Of a stretch of 37,098 bases of DNA, positions 20,381 through 33,735 are shown piece after piece. The notes beneath the pieces were generated by a model. The model was not told the DNA's origin and did not search any database. It was given only the letters and a program-made list of their open reading frames with translations. The stretch lies in NCBI RefSeq assembly GCF_001194135.2, contig NC_068984.1, positions 77,660,940-77,698,037 on the forward strand, read 5' to 3'. Source of the stretch: Octopus bimaculoides (Eukaryota). Every line of letters begins with the position of its first letter. Position 1 is the stretch's first letter. A program made the position numbers and the translations under genes.

Positions 20381-20619
20381 TTGCTAACATGTATCTAGAC
20401 ATACACCACCCTTGCTTTCTTCTTGACTACCTGCACACCTGCTTGCCAACCTTTATAATAGCTACCTGTCCGTTTGTCGGCTTGTCTGTCCGCCTGAACA
20501 ATTATCTGGCTGAAAACTGACCATAAAACCGATTGTGAGTAATAAAATTCTTCATATAAATTCTACATTGAAACACAGATAACAGCTAGGTTCAGCTTAC
20601 AAGAGAGGGGATTTATGCA

Positions 20620-20993
20620 TGCACGAATGTACGTATGTATGTATGTATGTATGTATGTATGTATGCATGCATGCATGTATGTATGTATGCATGCATGTAT
20701 GTGTGTACATGTTTGAGAGCATGTTAGCACGTATGTAAGGATTTGTGTACACACATACAAACATACATATATATGTATGTGTATATATACATACATATGC
20801 ATATTTATATACACAAATATACCTACCTGTATGTATATACACATATATATATATAAATATAAACACATTTGTATACACACACATACACACAAATATAGAT
20901 ATACACAAATATATATATATACATATACATATATATGTATATATGCATATATATATACATATATATACATAAATATGCACATATATATCAATA

Positions 20994-21035
<42 letters not shown>

Positions 21036-21062
21036 NNNNNNNNNNNNNNNNNNNNNNNNNNN

Positions 21063-21131
<69 letters not shown>

Positions 21132-21145
21132 AGACACACACATAG
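20620..21145. repeat. Compound (TATG)/(TA)/(CA)/(TG) microsatellite block with gap
   Basis: Visible directly. Confidence 0.95.
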
Positions 21146-21254
21146 GCTCTTATGTATACACGTATACATAATGAAAACAAGACATAACAGAGAGTTAAAG
21201 AGAAAAAAGAGAGATGATGGAGACAGTGATTAGCATATGCGCGTCTCTGATGTA

Positions 21255-21960
21255 CAGCAATTCTTCTCACCTACCGGTACCACACCGCCATATTACACCC
21301 TGTACCACCACTGCCAACACCGCCTTCAACATTATATTAGCAACATTTTATTCCACTACCACCACCACCACCACCACACATACAAACACACATTATTACC
21401 GCCAACACCACCATCACCACCAATAATGTTCCTACACTTATCCACCACCGTCACCATTGTACATCAGCTACACTTCAAATATAATCACTACCACTAAACA
21501 CCACCGTCAACTCCCCCNNNNNNNNNNNNNNNNNNNNNNNNNNNNNNNNNNNNNNNNNNNNNNNNNNNNNNNNNNNNNNNNNNNNNNNNNNNNNNNNNNN
21601 NNNNNNNNNNNNNNNNNNNNNNNNNNNNNNNNNNNNNNNNNNNNNNNNNNNNNNNNNNNNNNNNNNNNNNNNNNNNNNNNNNNNNNNNNNNNNNNNNNNN
21701 NNNNNNNNNNNNNNNNNNNNNNNNNNNNNNNNNNNNNNNNNNNNNNNNNNNNNNNNNNNNNNNNNNNNNNNNNNNNNNNNNNNNNNNNNNNNNNNNNNNN
21801 NNNNNNNNNNNNNNNNNNNNNNNNNNNNNNNNNNNNNNNNNNNNNNNNNNNNNNNNNNNNNNNNNNNNNNNNNNNNNNNNNNNNNNNNNNNNNNNNNNNN
21901 NNNNNNNNNNNNNNNNNNNNNNNACACCAACACCAACACCACTACCATCATCAACATCGC
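21255..21960. repeat. Degenerate (CAC/ACC) trinucleotide array spanning a gap
   Basis: Visible directly; similar in composition to 5695-6360. Confidence 0.85.
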
Positions 21961-22134
21961 CATTTCTGGATATACATAGATATAGCTATTGATCTGGGCA
22001 TACATAATACAAACTTGAAAGGAGCACCGTTTGAGTTATGTTCCCCTTGTGTGAAGAAGAATGAATTCTATGTGAACGTGTGAACATAAAATACGAACCA
22101 TACATTAGCAGCTAAGCATTAACAGGAGACGGCT

Positions 22135-22148
22135 AATGTATGTGTGTA

Positions 22149-22195
<47 letters not shown>

Positions 22196-22469
22196 ATATA
22201 CATACATATAATCATACATGTACATACAAAGGCATATATACATGTTCATACATATATATACTTACACATATACATGTACACACATATATATGCACACACA
22301 TACATACATACACACGCATACGCACACACGTGTATACATATAAATGCACTCATACGTATATGTTCATAAATAATATATATACATATGTAAAATAATATAT
22401 ATATACATATGTAAATAGATATATTTATACCCATATGTGTGTATGGGTATCAATATATATCTATATCTA

Positions 22470-22507
<38 letters not shown>

Positions 22508-22795
22508 ATGGTCAAAAGAGATATCTGTCTGAAACTGCATTTGGTGTTAACATAAAATCTCTATCGTATGTTTTATCGAAGTAAATAGAAACTTTAAGAT
22601 GCAAATTAATACTTTACAACAAATACTAACGTGATGATGATGATGATGATGATGATGATATGGTTCTATCTACTGGCTGATGTTTATATATATATTTGTG
22701 TGTGTGTATATATACATATTCATACCTATATATACATACCTGTGTGTGAAAGTGTGTGTGTACTTTCACACATACACATACTACGTGTATGTATG

Positions 22796-22831
<36 letters not shown>

Positions 22832-22850
22832 GATGAATGTGTGAGGTAGG
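22135..22850. repeat. Compound (TG)/(TACA)/(TA)/(GAT) microsatellite region
   Basis: Visible directly. Confidence 0.92.
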
Positions 22851-24808
22851 GGTGAACGGCTATGTATGCATGCATACGTATATAATTGAACAACAATTGT
22901 GCATAAAATATTTACAACATATAGACAACGCATTAGAATATGCTTTAATTCTGTTTTAATTCAAATCAGTATATGAGATATATTTATTGATAATAGACAC
23001 TGTTGCTTATATGATGTGTGTATATAAATGTATTTATGTTTCTATGATATATAGGAAGGGAGAATGAGTGTAACAGCATAGAGAAGGGAGAGACAGAGAG
23101 AGATAGAGAAAGAGAGTGAAAAAAGGTGGTGATATGGAGGGACATGGAGATGGAGTTGTGCACATGTAATTGATGTGTGTTTGTATGCAATTATAATTGT
23201 GTACCTGAGCGCAAAAATATATTTCTATATATGTATGATAATATCTGTGTATGAGCGAGTGTATCACCATGTGTGTGTGTGTGTGTGTACGTGGGTGCGT
23301 ACGTGCGTCGTTGAAATAACTTAAGCTTACAACTCATTGAAATCTTGTGTCTTTTGAAATGTTTTGTTACAATCAATATAAAAGATACACTTTTAGAAAT
23401 CTATATGACCATATTGATCATCTGTGAACAAACAAAAACCAGAAATTCTTATGCATGTTTAGATTATATATGCATACACACAAACACACCACACACATAC
23501 GCTCATATANNNNNNNNNNNNNNNNNNNNNNNNNNNNNNNNNNNNNNNNNNNNNNNNNNNNNNNNNNNNNNNNNNNNNNNNNNNNNNNNNNNNNNNNNNN
23601 NNNNNNNNNNNNNNNNNNNNNNNNNNNNNNNNNNNNNNNNNNNNNNNNNNNNNNNNNNNNNNNNNNNNNNNNNNNNNNNNNNNNNNNNNNNNNNNNNNNN
23701 NNNNNNNNNNNNNNNNNNNNNNNNNNNNNNNNNNNNNNNNNNNNNNNNNNNNNNNNNNNNNNNNNNNNNNNNNNNNNNNNNNNNNNNNNNNNNNNNNNNN
23801 NNNNNNNNNNNNNNNNNNNNNNNNNNNNNNNNNNNNNNNNNNNNNNNNNNNNNNNNNNNNNNNNNNNNNNNNNNNNNNNNNNNNNNNNNNNNNNNNNNNN
23901 NNNNNNNNNNNNNNNNNNNNNNNNNNNNNNNNNNNNNNNNNNNNNNNNNNNNNNNNNNNNNNNNNNNNNNNNNNNNNNNNNNNNNNNNNNNNNNNNNNNN
24001 NNNNNNNNNNNNNNNNNNNNNNNNNNNNNNNNNNNNNNNNNNNNNNNNNNNNNNNNNNNNNNNNNNNNNNNNNNNNNNNNNNNNNNNNNNNNNNNNNNNN
24101 NNNNNNNNNNNNNNNNNNNNNNNNNNNNNNNNNNNNNNNNNNNNNNNNNNNNNNNNNNNNNNNNNNNNNNNNNNNNNNNNNNNNNNNNNNNNNNNNNNNN
24201 NNNNNNNNNNNNNNNNNNNNNNNNNNNNNNNNNNNNNNNNNNNNNNNNNNNNNNNNNNNNNNNNNTATATATAAATAAGTGTGTATTCAGATATGTATAC
24301 ATTTATTAATGTGTAATCATTATGAATGTCAGTGTGAACGGATTTGAGTTGCATTTTAGTTTATCACAAAATGACGAGAAAGAAATATGCTCAAACAAAT
24401 GATAAAAGAACCTTCGAGGTTAGGATTTACTCATGAATAAGGAACAAACAACAACTTTTCTTTCTAGTTGTATACATTACAACACACGCCATAACACCTC
24501 AGCCATCTCATAAATAAACATGTAAATGTTAGATCGAGCTATAACTGCATCTGCGTCTATACAACAACGTGGAAACTGTAATATGGCACGCGTTCGAAAT
24601 GGAAAACAAGATAGAAAAAAAAATTCTGTATAAACCAAAGCGTGTTATAAAATCAAATACAACACGAAGAGAACATACAAGAAAAGAATTTTTATAAGGG
24701 TTGTTATAACACTCTACTGGACAGGACAAACACGAAATCCTCAACAGGGCATGAAAGTATAGAGCAAAGAATTAAATGCATAAATACACAAGCGCACGCA
24801 CGCACGCA

Positions 24809-24865
<57 letters not shown>

Positions 24866-25657
24866 NNNNNNNNNNNNNNNNNNNNNNNNNNNNNNNNNNN
24901 NNNNNNNNNNNNNNNNNNNNNNNNNNNNNNNNNNNNNNNNNNNNNNNNNNNNNNNNNNNNNNNNNNNNNNNNNNNNNNNNNNNNNNNNNNNNNNNNNNNN
25001 NNNNNNNNNNNNNNNNNNNNNNNNNNNNNNNNNNNNNNNNNNNNNNNNNNNNNNNNNNNNNNNNNNNNNNNNNNNNNNNNNNNNNNNNNNNNNNNNNNNN
25101 NNNNNNNNNNNNNNNNNNNNNNNNNNNNNNNNNNNNNNNNNNNNNNNNNNNNNNNNNNNNNNNNNNNNNNNNNNNNNNNNNNNNNNNNNNNNNNNNNNNN
25201 NNNNNNNNNNNNNNNNNNNNNNNNNNNNNNNNNNNNNNNNNNNNNNNNNNNNNNNNNNNNNNNNNNNNNNNNNNNNNNNNNNNNNNNNNNNNNNNNNNNN
25301 NNNNNNNNNNNNNNNNNNNNNNNNNNNNNNNNNNNNNNNNNNNNNNNNNNNNNNNNNNNNNNNNNNNNNNNNNNNNNNNNNNNNNNNNNNNNNNNNNNNN
25401 NNNNNNNNNNNNNNNNNNNNNNNNNNNNNNNNNNNNNNNNNNNNNNNNNNNNNNNNNNNNNNNNNNNNNNNNNNNNNNNNNNNNNNNNNNNNNNNNNNNN
25501 NNNNNNNNNNNNNNNNNNNNNNNNNNNNNNNNNNNNNNNNNNNNNNNNNNNNNNNNNNNNNNNNNNNNNNNNNNNNNNNNNNNNNNNNNNNNNNNNNNNN
25601 NNNNNNNNNNNNNNNNNNNNNNNNNNNNNNNNNNNNNNNNNNNNNNNNNNNNNNNNN

Positions 25658-25690
<33 letters not shown>

Positions 25691-25812
25691 TAGATAGATA
25701 GATATAGATATATGTATATATATATATATATGTATATATATGAATGTATGAATGCTTGTATGTATGAATGTGTGTATGCGTGAGTGTGTATCTATGTATG
25801 TATGTATGTATG

Positions 25813-26490
25813 TGTCAGGTCACTTGTGTAGTCACTCATGAGTGCTGTTAGTAACATGGAATACAGTACAACTTGTCTCATTATCGGGTGGTCGGTGACT
25901 AAACTAACACCTATACTGAGCTTGCTTGGTGAGGAAGGTTGCTAGAAACCCCGCCGGACTAAAAAGATGTGTCAAAAGACGAACGAAACTAGTGTAGGTT
26001 CAAGGACTATATAGCAATAGCAAAGGCCCTCAGCAATTCCGAATAGGTGTCCGGTGTGCTGGAAGACCGCTTAGAGTGATGTACCCCTTAGCTTTTGTTA
26101 AAGCATGTCTCTAGAAGATCTCTCTGATATAAAACTGAATATGCAGGGAATGGCATTGAACGTTTAGGAGATCTGCTTGCGCTTGAGATCTTGAGATCAT
26201 GGATATTTTGCCATGACTTATGTCTGAATCATGTTAATAGGGTGGAGGAGAGGGGATGTCAGGTGTTGTACAAGTTTTATTAGACCAAAAAGTTTAGCTT
26301 GCACGATCACCGGTGAGGCGACCTTCTAATGCCCGGTAGAGTAGGAGGGTACCAAGGCTAGCATGGAAGCTGCAGGCGCGAGCCCGAACCAGGGTGAAGC
26401 CGAATGCGGGTGCAATAATCTTATGTACAACCATTGCTGACATTTTGTATGGACAATGGTCAGTGATAGTCTTCTTCAGTCACGAATGGA
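25813..26490. mobile_element. Unclassified GC-richer sequence, probably a decayed interspersed repeat
   Basis: GC clearly above flanks; no open frame; faint minus-strand TFNAIP similarity to CR1-group C-termini. Not assignable. Confidence 0.3.
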
Positions 26491-26524
26491 CAACATTCAT
26501 GTATGTATGTATGTATGTATGTGT

Positions 26525-26907
26525 GGAGGCGTAATGGCCCAGTGGTTAGGGCAGCGGACTCACGGTTATAGGATCGCGGTTTCGATTCCCAGACAGGGCG
26601 TTATGAGTGTTTATTGAGCAAAAACACCTAAAAGCTCCATGAGGCTCCGGCAGGGGATGGTGGCGAACCTTGCTGCACTCTTCCACCACAACTTTCTCTC
26701 ACTCTTACTTCCTGTTTCTGTTGTGCCTGTAATTCAAAGGGTCAGCCTTGTCACACTGTGTCACGCTGAATATCCCCGAGAACTACGTTAAGGGTACGCG
26801 TGTCTGTGGAGTGCTCAGCCACTTGCACTTTAATTTCACGAGCAGGCTGTTCCGTTGATCGGATCAACTGGAACCCACGACGTCGTAAGCGATGCAGTGC
26901 CAACAAC
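26525..26907 (+). mobile_element. SINE family C, full length, tRNA-derived
   Basis: A-box TGGCCCAGTGG (26535-26545), B-box GGTTTCGATTCC (26578-26589), tail ..GTGCCAACAAC. TSD-like CAACATTCATGTATGTATGT (26491-26510) / CAACATGCATGTATGTATGT (26904-26923). Confidence 0.95.
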
Positions 26908-26924
26908 ATGCATGTATGTATGTT

Positions 26925-28325
26925 CTCTTCTTATTTTAAGTATTGGAATTCTTCCTCTGAAGTAGGAGCTAGTATCTAACAACGATGCAAAGCTCCATTG
27001 TTGGAATGTAAATAACAAACACAACCTCACATTTTAAACTTGCAAAGTGTATTGCTTGTGTTTTACAGATTGTAGTTGTAATGTGCAATTTAGTTGGATG
27101 ATTTCTTTTTCTGAAAACCCTAGTTTATCCGGGTTGGCATTTAGGCATTTACTCACAAAACTAAGTGTATCAATTATTATTGTTATAAATGTGAATATAT
27201 TATCTGGACATAGGAACCGGAGGTTTCGAAGGCGTTGTCCCTAGTTATTATGCTTCTTCTTTTGGATTTTCAAAGCAATATTCAGCAGGACCTCACGTAA
27301 TTTTTCTTGTCCGTCCCAAACAACAATATCCGGTCTGTTATGTTTACACTTGACAGATGTTTTGATGGGAATGTTCCACCAGTATTCCTTATGTTGATGG
27401 TCGTGTATGTATTCAAAAACAAATGGATTCTCTATTTTATTCCAGGACAGTCTGATATTCGTATAGCATTGTTTATTATTTTTGTGAAAACGTCATGTCG
27501 CACAGGGAGGTAGTACCTTCATGACATTTCGGGGCAGTTGCTAATCACATGTGTAATGTCTTCGACAGAAGTATGGTGTAACCTACACTTTCAGTTGCAT
27601 CTTGGAGTTCCAAGGTCTTCACTGTTTGTTTTGTCTATTAGGTATTTCATAGCAATCTCCTGTTCTTGGATTGCCAATGAATAGTCTTCTAATTGTTATG
27701 TGATGTAACGGGCACGGTCTAAGAAACGCTTCTCTTCATGTCGATATCATTCTTCTTCAAGGCAGTGAGCTGGCAAAATCTTTAGCACGCCGGGTAAAAT
27801 ACTTAGTAACATTTTGTCCGTCTTTACGTTCTGAGTTAAAATTCCGCCGGAGTCGACTTTGCCGTTCAACATTTCGAAGTCGATAAAGTACTAGTAAAAC
27901 ACTGGGGTCGATGTAATTGACTAGTTTCCTCCCACTAAAATTCACGCCTAGTGTCTACAATAGAAAGGATATTATTGCATTCTTCAAGACTTCGTAATAT
28001 ACTGCCTTCTTCAAGAATTGTTTGATATGCTGAATGTTTCCCATCCAGGTCTTGTTTGAAGTATGTTAGTCCGGCTGTTATGGGGTTGTATATCATCAAG
28101 AACACAATGCTTCTTGGGGAGTTCGCTGCCGACAGGTAGGATATTGTCTTCTTCACTTTTCAGCTCTAAGTTAACGTATTTATTTTGCTGCTGTTGTTTA
28201 ACAAGTGCTGTCAGAGAGAGTCTATACGACATTCGAAGGTTACGTGTACTGATCTTAAGCCTCTACCTCCTTCATCTCTTCTTAGGTAAGGCCTGTCGAT
28301 ATCACTATTTCTGTGGAGATTTCCA
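26925..28325 (-). pseudogene. Decayed R4/Dong-type LINE, family 2 (thumb, CCHC, REL, 3' UTR), split by SINE A
   Basis: Minus strand: LHRNSDIDRPYLRRDEGGRGLRSV (28250-28317); LEDYSLAIQEQEIAMKYLI..KCRLHHTSVEDITHVISNCPEMS*RYYLPVRHDV; LRNLRFLCPDNIFTFITIIIDTL..DKLGFS, which is homologous to 34194-34514. 3' UTR at 26970-27010 matches 34000-34035. Confidence 0.9.
27758..27975 (+). mobile_element. SINE family A, full length, inserted in the LINE ORF
   Basis: Full match to the family; TTCTTCAAG at 27753-27761 and 27980-27988. Confidence 0.95.
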
Positions 28326-29305
28326 GTTGATGTATGTATGTATGAATGTATGTATGTATGTAGGTATGTATGTATGTATGTATGTATGTATCAACTAGAT
28401 GGATATAATGGATATATTAGTTCTAAATACGTTATAGTAAAACACAAAATGGGTACATTTTGAATAACTGCCGAGCAATAGAAATATACAAACAACAACA
28501 ATAATANNNNNNNNNNNNNNNNNNNNNNNNNNNNNNNNNNNNNNNNNNNNNNNNNNNNNNNNNNNNNNNNNNNNNNNNNNNNNNNNNNNNNNNNNNNNNN
28601 NNNNNNNNNNNNNNNNNNNNNNNNNNNNNNNNNNNNNNNNNNNNNNNNNNNNNNNNNNNNNNNNNNNNNNNNNNNNNNNNNNNNNNNNNNNNNNNNNNNN
28701 NNNNNNNNNNNNNNNNNNNNNNNNNNNNNNNNNNNNNNNNNNNNNNNNNNNNNNNNNNNNNNNNNNNNNNNNNNNNNNNNNNNNNNNNNNNNNNNNNNNN
28801 NNNNNNNNNNNNNNNNNNNNNNNNNNNNNNNNNNNNNNNNNNNNNNNNNNNNNNNNNNNNNNNNNNNNNNNNNNNNNNNNNNNNNNNNNNNNNNNNNNNN
28901 NNNNNNNNNNNNNNNNNNNNNNNNNNNNNNNNNNNNNNNNNNNNNNNNNNNNNNNNNNNNNNNNNNNNNNNNNNNNNNNNNNNNNNNNNNNNNNNNNNNN
29001 NNNNNNNNNNNNNNNNNNNNNNNNNNNNNNNNNNNNNNNNNNNNNNNNNNNNNNNNNNNNNNNNNNNNNNNNNNNNNNNNNNNNNNNNNNNNNNNNNNNN
29101 NNNNNNNNNNNNNNNNNNNNNNNNNNNNNNNNNNNNNNNNNNNNNNNNNNNNNNNNNNNNNNNNNNNNNNNNNNNNNNNNNNNNNNNNNNNNNNNNNNNN
29201 NNNNNNNNNNNNNNNNNNNNNNNNNNNNNNNNNNNNNNNNNNNNNNNNNNNNNNNNNNNNNNNNNNNNNNNNNNNNNNNNNNNNNNNNNNNNNNNNNNNN
29301 NNNNN

Positions 29306-29355
<50 letters not shown>

Positions 29356-30703
29356 ACGCGTGCATACATGAAAATTTAATTGGAAAATATTTTTTTGCCT
29401 AAGAATATGTATTTTTCAAAGGCAACAAACAGGGTGCTTCTCATTCTTTCTTTCTCTTTCAAAATCCTTATTTATTTATTTATTAAATTTGCATCCAAAA
29501 TTCACATTCAGTGTATTGAGCGCTTCTCCATTCATCTAGGCAAACCATGTTGCTGCTAACTTCTATCTTCACTATATATATATATGTATATATATCTGTA
29601 ATATATATTATAATGACGTCATTCTAATAGCTTTTTTGTCTTAATAACGGTCAATTGCATGGTAATTTCCCTTTCTTTATCGGTCATTTTCATAGCATAT
29701 TTTCAGATGCCAGTGCAGGTTTCCGCAACGACATCCGAAACTTGGAGTTTTGTTATGGCAACCGAATAATTGTCACATATATTACAGATAAATTCCTCTA
29801 TTTACATAATATCGAGGTCTCTTACATTTTTTTGTTGTCTTAACATTACTATTAATATATATATNNNNNNNNNNNNNNNNNNNNNNNNNNNNNNNNNNNN
29901 NNNNNNNNNNNNNNNNNNNNNNNNNNNNNNNNNNNNNNNNNNNNNNNNNNNNNNNNNNNNNNNNNNNNNNNNNNNNNNNNNNNNNNNNNNNNNNNNNNNN
30001 NNNNNNNNNNNNNNNNNNNNNNNNNNNNNNNNNNNNNNNNNNNNNNNNNNNNNNNNNNNNNNNNNNNNNNNNNNNNNNNNNNNNNNNNNNNNNNNNNNNN
30101 NNNNNNNNNNNNNNNNNNNNNNNNNNNNNNNNNNNNNNNNNNNNNNNNNNNNNNNNNNNNNNNNNNNNNNNNNNNNNNNNNNNNNNNNNNNNNNNNNNNN
30201 NNNNNNNNNNNNNNNNNNNNNNNNNNNNNNNNNNNNNNNNNNNNNNNNNNNNNNNNNNNNNNNNNNNNNNNNNNNNNNNNNNNNNNNNNNNNNNNNNNNN
30301 NNNNNNNNNNNNNNNNNNNNNNNNNNNNNNNNNNNNNNNNNNNNNNNNNNNNNNNNNNNNNNNNNNNNNNNNNNNNNNNNNNNNNNNNNNNNNNNNNNNN
30401 NNNNNNNNNNNNNNNNNNNNNNNNNNNNNNNNNNNNNNNNNNNNNNNNNNNNNNNNNNNNNNNNNNNNNNNNNNNNNNNNNNNNNNNNNNNNNNNNNNNN
30501 NNNNNNNNNNNNNNNNNNNNNNNNNNNNNNNNNNNNNNNNNNNNNNNNNNNNNNNNNNNNNNNNNNNNNNNNNNNNNNNNNNNNNNNNNNNNNNNNNNNN
30601 NNNNNNNNNNNNNNNNNNNNNNNNNNNNNNNNNNNNNNNNNNNNNNNNNNNNNNNNNNNNNNNNNNNNNNNNNNNNNNNNNNNNNNNNNNNNNNNNNNNN
30701 NNN

Positions 30704-30767
<64 letters not shown>

Positions 30768-31193
30768 AGTATATACATTCAAACGCGCACACACACAGAC
30801 TCATACACATAACTATGAATACGAGCTTACGGTGTTCAATACAGTAGATTCGTGAAAAAGTTGTAAAATTGTAGCATTATTCATCTGCCAAAATATATGC
30901 CTCGAGTTATTAGTCGATAAAAATACCGGAATAGAGAAGGCTGAAAGCTCGAGGATTTCATTCCAAGCTTTCATTCAGCTCGTCTTACCAAGACAGATGA
31001 TGTAGTGGAAGGTAGCTGGGAACTGCAACGCATATATATTTTTATAGGATTCTTGAAAACTTATACTTTGTAGTATTGGAACTGAAATTTTGTCAATGAT
31101 TATGGAAGTTGTTGAATTTCATTTTATATGATTGTCGCTATATATATGTCTGTGTATGTATGAGTGTGCGTATGTGTTATATACATTTGTATT

Positions 31194-31265
<72 letters not shown>

Positions 31266-31964
31266 NNNNNNNNNNNNNNNNNNNNNNNNNNNNNNNNNNN
31301 NNNNNNNNNNNNNNNNNNNNNNNNNNNNNNNNNNNNNNNNNNNNNNNNNNNNNNNNNNNNNNNNNNNNNNNNNNNNNNNNNNNNNNNNNNNNNNNNNNNN
31401 NNNNNNNNNNNNNNNNNNNNNNNNNNNNNNNNNNNNNNNNNNNNNNNNNNNNNNNNNNNNNNNNNNNNNNNNNNNNNNNNNNNNNNNNNNNNNNNNNNNN
31501 NNNNNNNNNNNNNNNNNNNNNNNNNNNNNNNNNNNNNNNNNNNNNNNNNNNNNNNNNNNNNNNNNNNNNNNNNNNNNNNNNNNNNNNNNNNNNNNNNNNN
31601 NNNNNNNNNNNNNNNNNNNNNNNNNNNNNNNNNNNNNNNNNNNNNNNNNNNNNNNNNNNNNNNNNNNNNNNNNNNNNNNNNNNNNNNNNNNNNNNNNNNN
31701 NNNNNNNNNNNNNNNNNNNNNNNNNNNNNNNNNNNNNNNNNNNNNNNNNNNNNNNNNNNNNNNNNNNNNNNNNNNNNNNNNNNNNNNNNNNNNNNNNNNN
31801 NNCTCTCTTTCTCTCTCACTCTCTCTCTCACTCTCTCTCTCACTCTCTCTCACTCACTCTCAAAACACTACAAAACTAAAAAACACTGAGTATGTTTTGA
31901 AATTGATGGATACCTATTGATTTATGTGAAACCATTCTTTCCCTTCTCGGCCACTAACATTAGT

Positions 31965-32245
31965 AAATAATGATGGTTTCAAATTTTGGCATAAGGCCAG
32001 CAGTTTTGAAGGGAGGGGAAGTTGCCTACATCGACCCCAGTGCTCAGCTGGTACTTATTTTATCGACCACCAGTGCTCGACCGGTAGTTATTTTATCGAT
32101 CCAGTGATCAAATGATACTTATTTCATCAATCCCGAAAGTATAATAGGTAAAGTCGACATTGGCGGAATTTGAACCCAGAACTTATTGCCAGACGAAATG
32201 CCGCTAAACATTTTTATGACTTGCTAACGATTTTGCCAGCTTGTC
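31965..32245 (-). mobile_element. SINE family A with internal triplication
   Basis: Reverse complement of family A; three 31-33 bp units at 32030-32125. A further 3' fragment lies at ~32281-32350. Confidence 0.9.
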
Positions 32246-32547
32246 TGACATAAGTAGAAAAATAATGTTCAGCATCAGTACAAGACCAGAAATTTGTAAA
32301 GAGATATCAGCCGATTATATCGACCGTATTGCTTAACTAGTACTTTATTTTTGTGTTCATCGATTATCCATGAATTTACTGTTTAAATTAGAAATTGTCA
32401 AAACGGAAAATAAGGAGTTCAATGCTTATTTCGTAGATGCTCAAAATTATGCGTAAGTTTTAATTTTCAGCTTCAAAAATTGTGTTAAAAAATCTTTATT
32501 TGCACTACATACAGCGAGATCTGAAACGATGACTAGTATAGTTATTA

Positions 32548-32766
32548 TTAAAACGTTTCGGCAGATTTGAACGCAAATAGACTTGTCATTTTCCCTTTTA
32601 CGACGACGTCTTCATAACACAGTCGATTTATTGGCACAAAGTATTCTGGGGCACTGTTGTTTTGGCATGTTGTGACTCGCCTGCCAGAAGTACCCAGATC
32701 TTTGAGCTTAAAAGCAAGCCACTGTATAAATGTAGCGAACAAACTGTTCAAAATTTAAAAACCTAG
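32548..32766. other. GC-richer unique island with overlapping open frames (possible exon)
   Basis: Minus ORF 32548..32751 behind ttttaaattttgaacAG|; + frame 32581-32766 reads TCHFPFYDDVFITQSIYWHKVFWG...; no recognised homology. Confidence 0.2.
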
Positions 32767-33163
32767 ATTTTAGCAGAATTGTAATCTCCCTTACTTCAAA
32801 CATACAATTCACAGAAATATTTCGAAAAAAAATTATAAAAAGAAAATTACAATGTCAGGTACAGTAAATTAAGAGTCATCACCAAAATTCCAAATTTGAG
32901 GATTCTGTTTGTATTTCAAAATTATAGCCTTCAATTCTTAAAAACATAACTATAAGAAACAGTCAGAAGAAGAATTAACAAAAATTAAAAAATTGTGGCT
33001 GGTGAAGAGTTTGTTCCAAAATTCTGTCTATCTATGTATGGCATGTATTTTGGATTGAGACCATGTGTTGAAACTATATCGATGGTAGCATAAAATACTC
33101 GTACTAGCCATTCAGAAACACGCACAAAGACTGTTAATTTCCTATAAATATTTACTATTTGTA

Positions 33164-33285
33164 ATATTTACTATTTGTAATATGGTGTCAAAATTGTCGT
33201 TGCTCGAAACTACGACCTGTCAGAGACCAGTTGGCAGTTTTGAAAGATGAAAATTTTGGTGCTCCATATTACAAACAATAAATGT
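33164..33285. other. Imperfect inverted repeat enclosing two small hairpins
   Basis: TTTGTAATATGG..AAAATT (33174-33195) pairs with AATTTT..CCATATTACAAA (33252-33275). Inner stems are GTCGT/ACGAC and CTGTCA/TGGCAG. Confidence 0.75.
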
Positions 33286-33682
33286 TCAACTGAAGTTAAC
33301 AATCTTTGTATGTTTCTAAATATCTAATATGTGTATTTAATGTTCTTAAGTGCTCCGAGATGGTAGCTAGATGCAACCACAGGCTGAAATGCTCATTTTT
33401 GCTGTTTTGCTGAAAACATATCCCTAAAACTCTATTCATGCAAACTATTTTATTGTATTGTATTTATTTCCGTTTTACTTCTATTTAATCATTTTGTTTA
33501 AATTCATTTTGTGAAATTTTCCAGTTGTCACGATATATATGCAGCTGCATGTAATCATATGGTGCAAGATTGCAGAAGTACTAATTGCCTAGTATCAATA
33601 TGTGTATTAATATCGGATGGCAGATAGTGGGGTGGAAATATTTATATATCTACTCCATGGATTATACGTATTATCAGCTTAC

Positions 33683-33735
33683 TGGCGGTGTCCCAGCATG
33701 GCCACAGCCTTAAGGCTGAAACATAAAAGAATAAC
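33683..33735 (+). mobile_element. SINE family B 3' tail only
   Basis: GGCGGTGTCCCAGCATGGCCACAGCCTTAAGGCTGAAACATAAAAGA. Confidence 0.8.

Noticed and set aside
26525-26600. tRNA gene (likewise the SINE A and B heads)
   Set aside because: A/B boxes are present but continue into a SINE body with tail and TSD, with no oligo-T terminator or proper cloverleaf end.
32030-32125. CRISPR-like array of ~32-bp repeats
   Set aside because: No spacers, the units are SINE-internal, and the context is eukaryotic.
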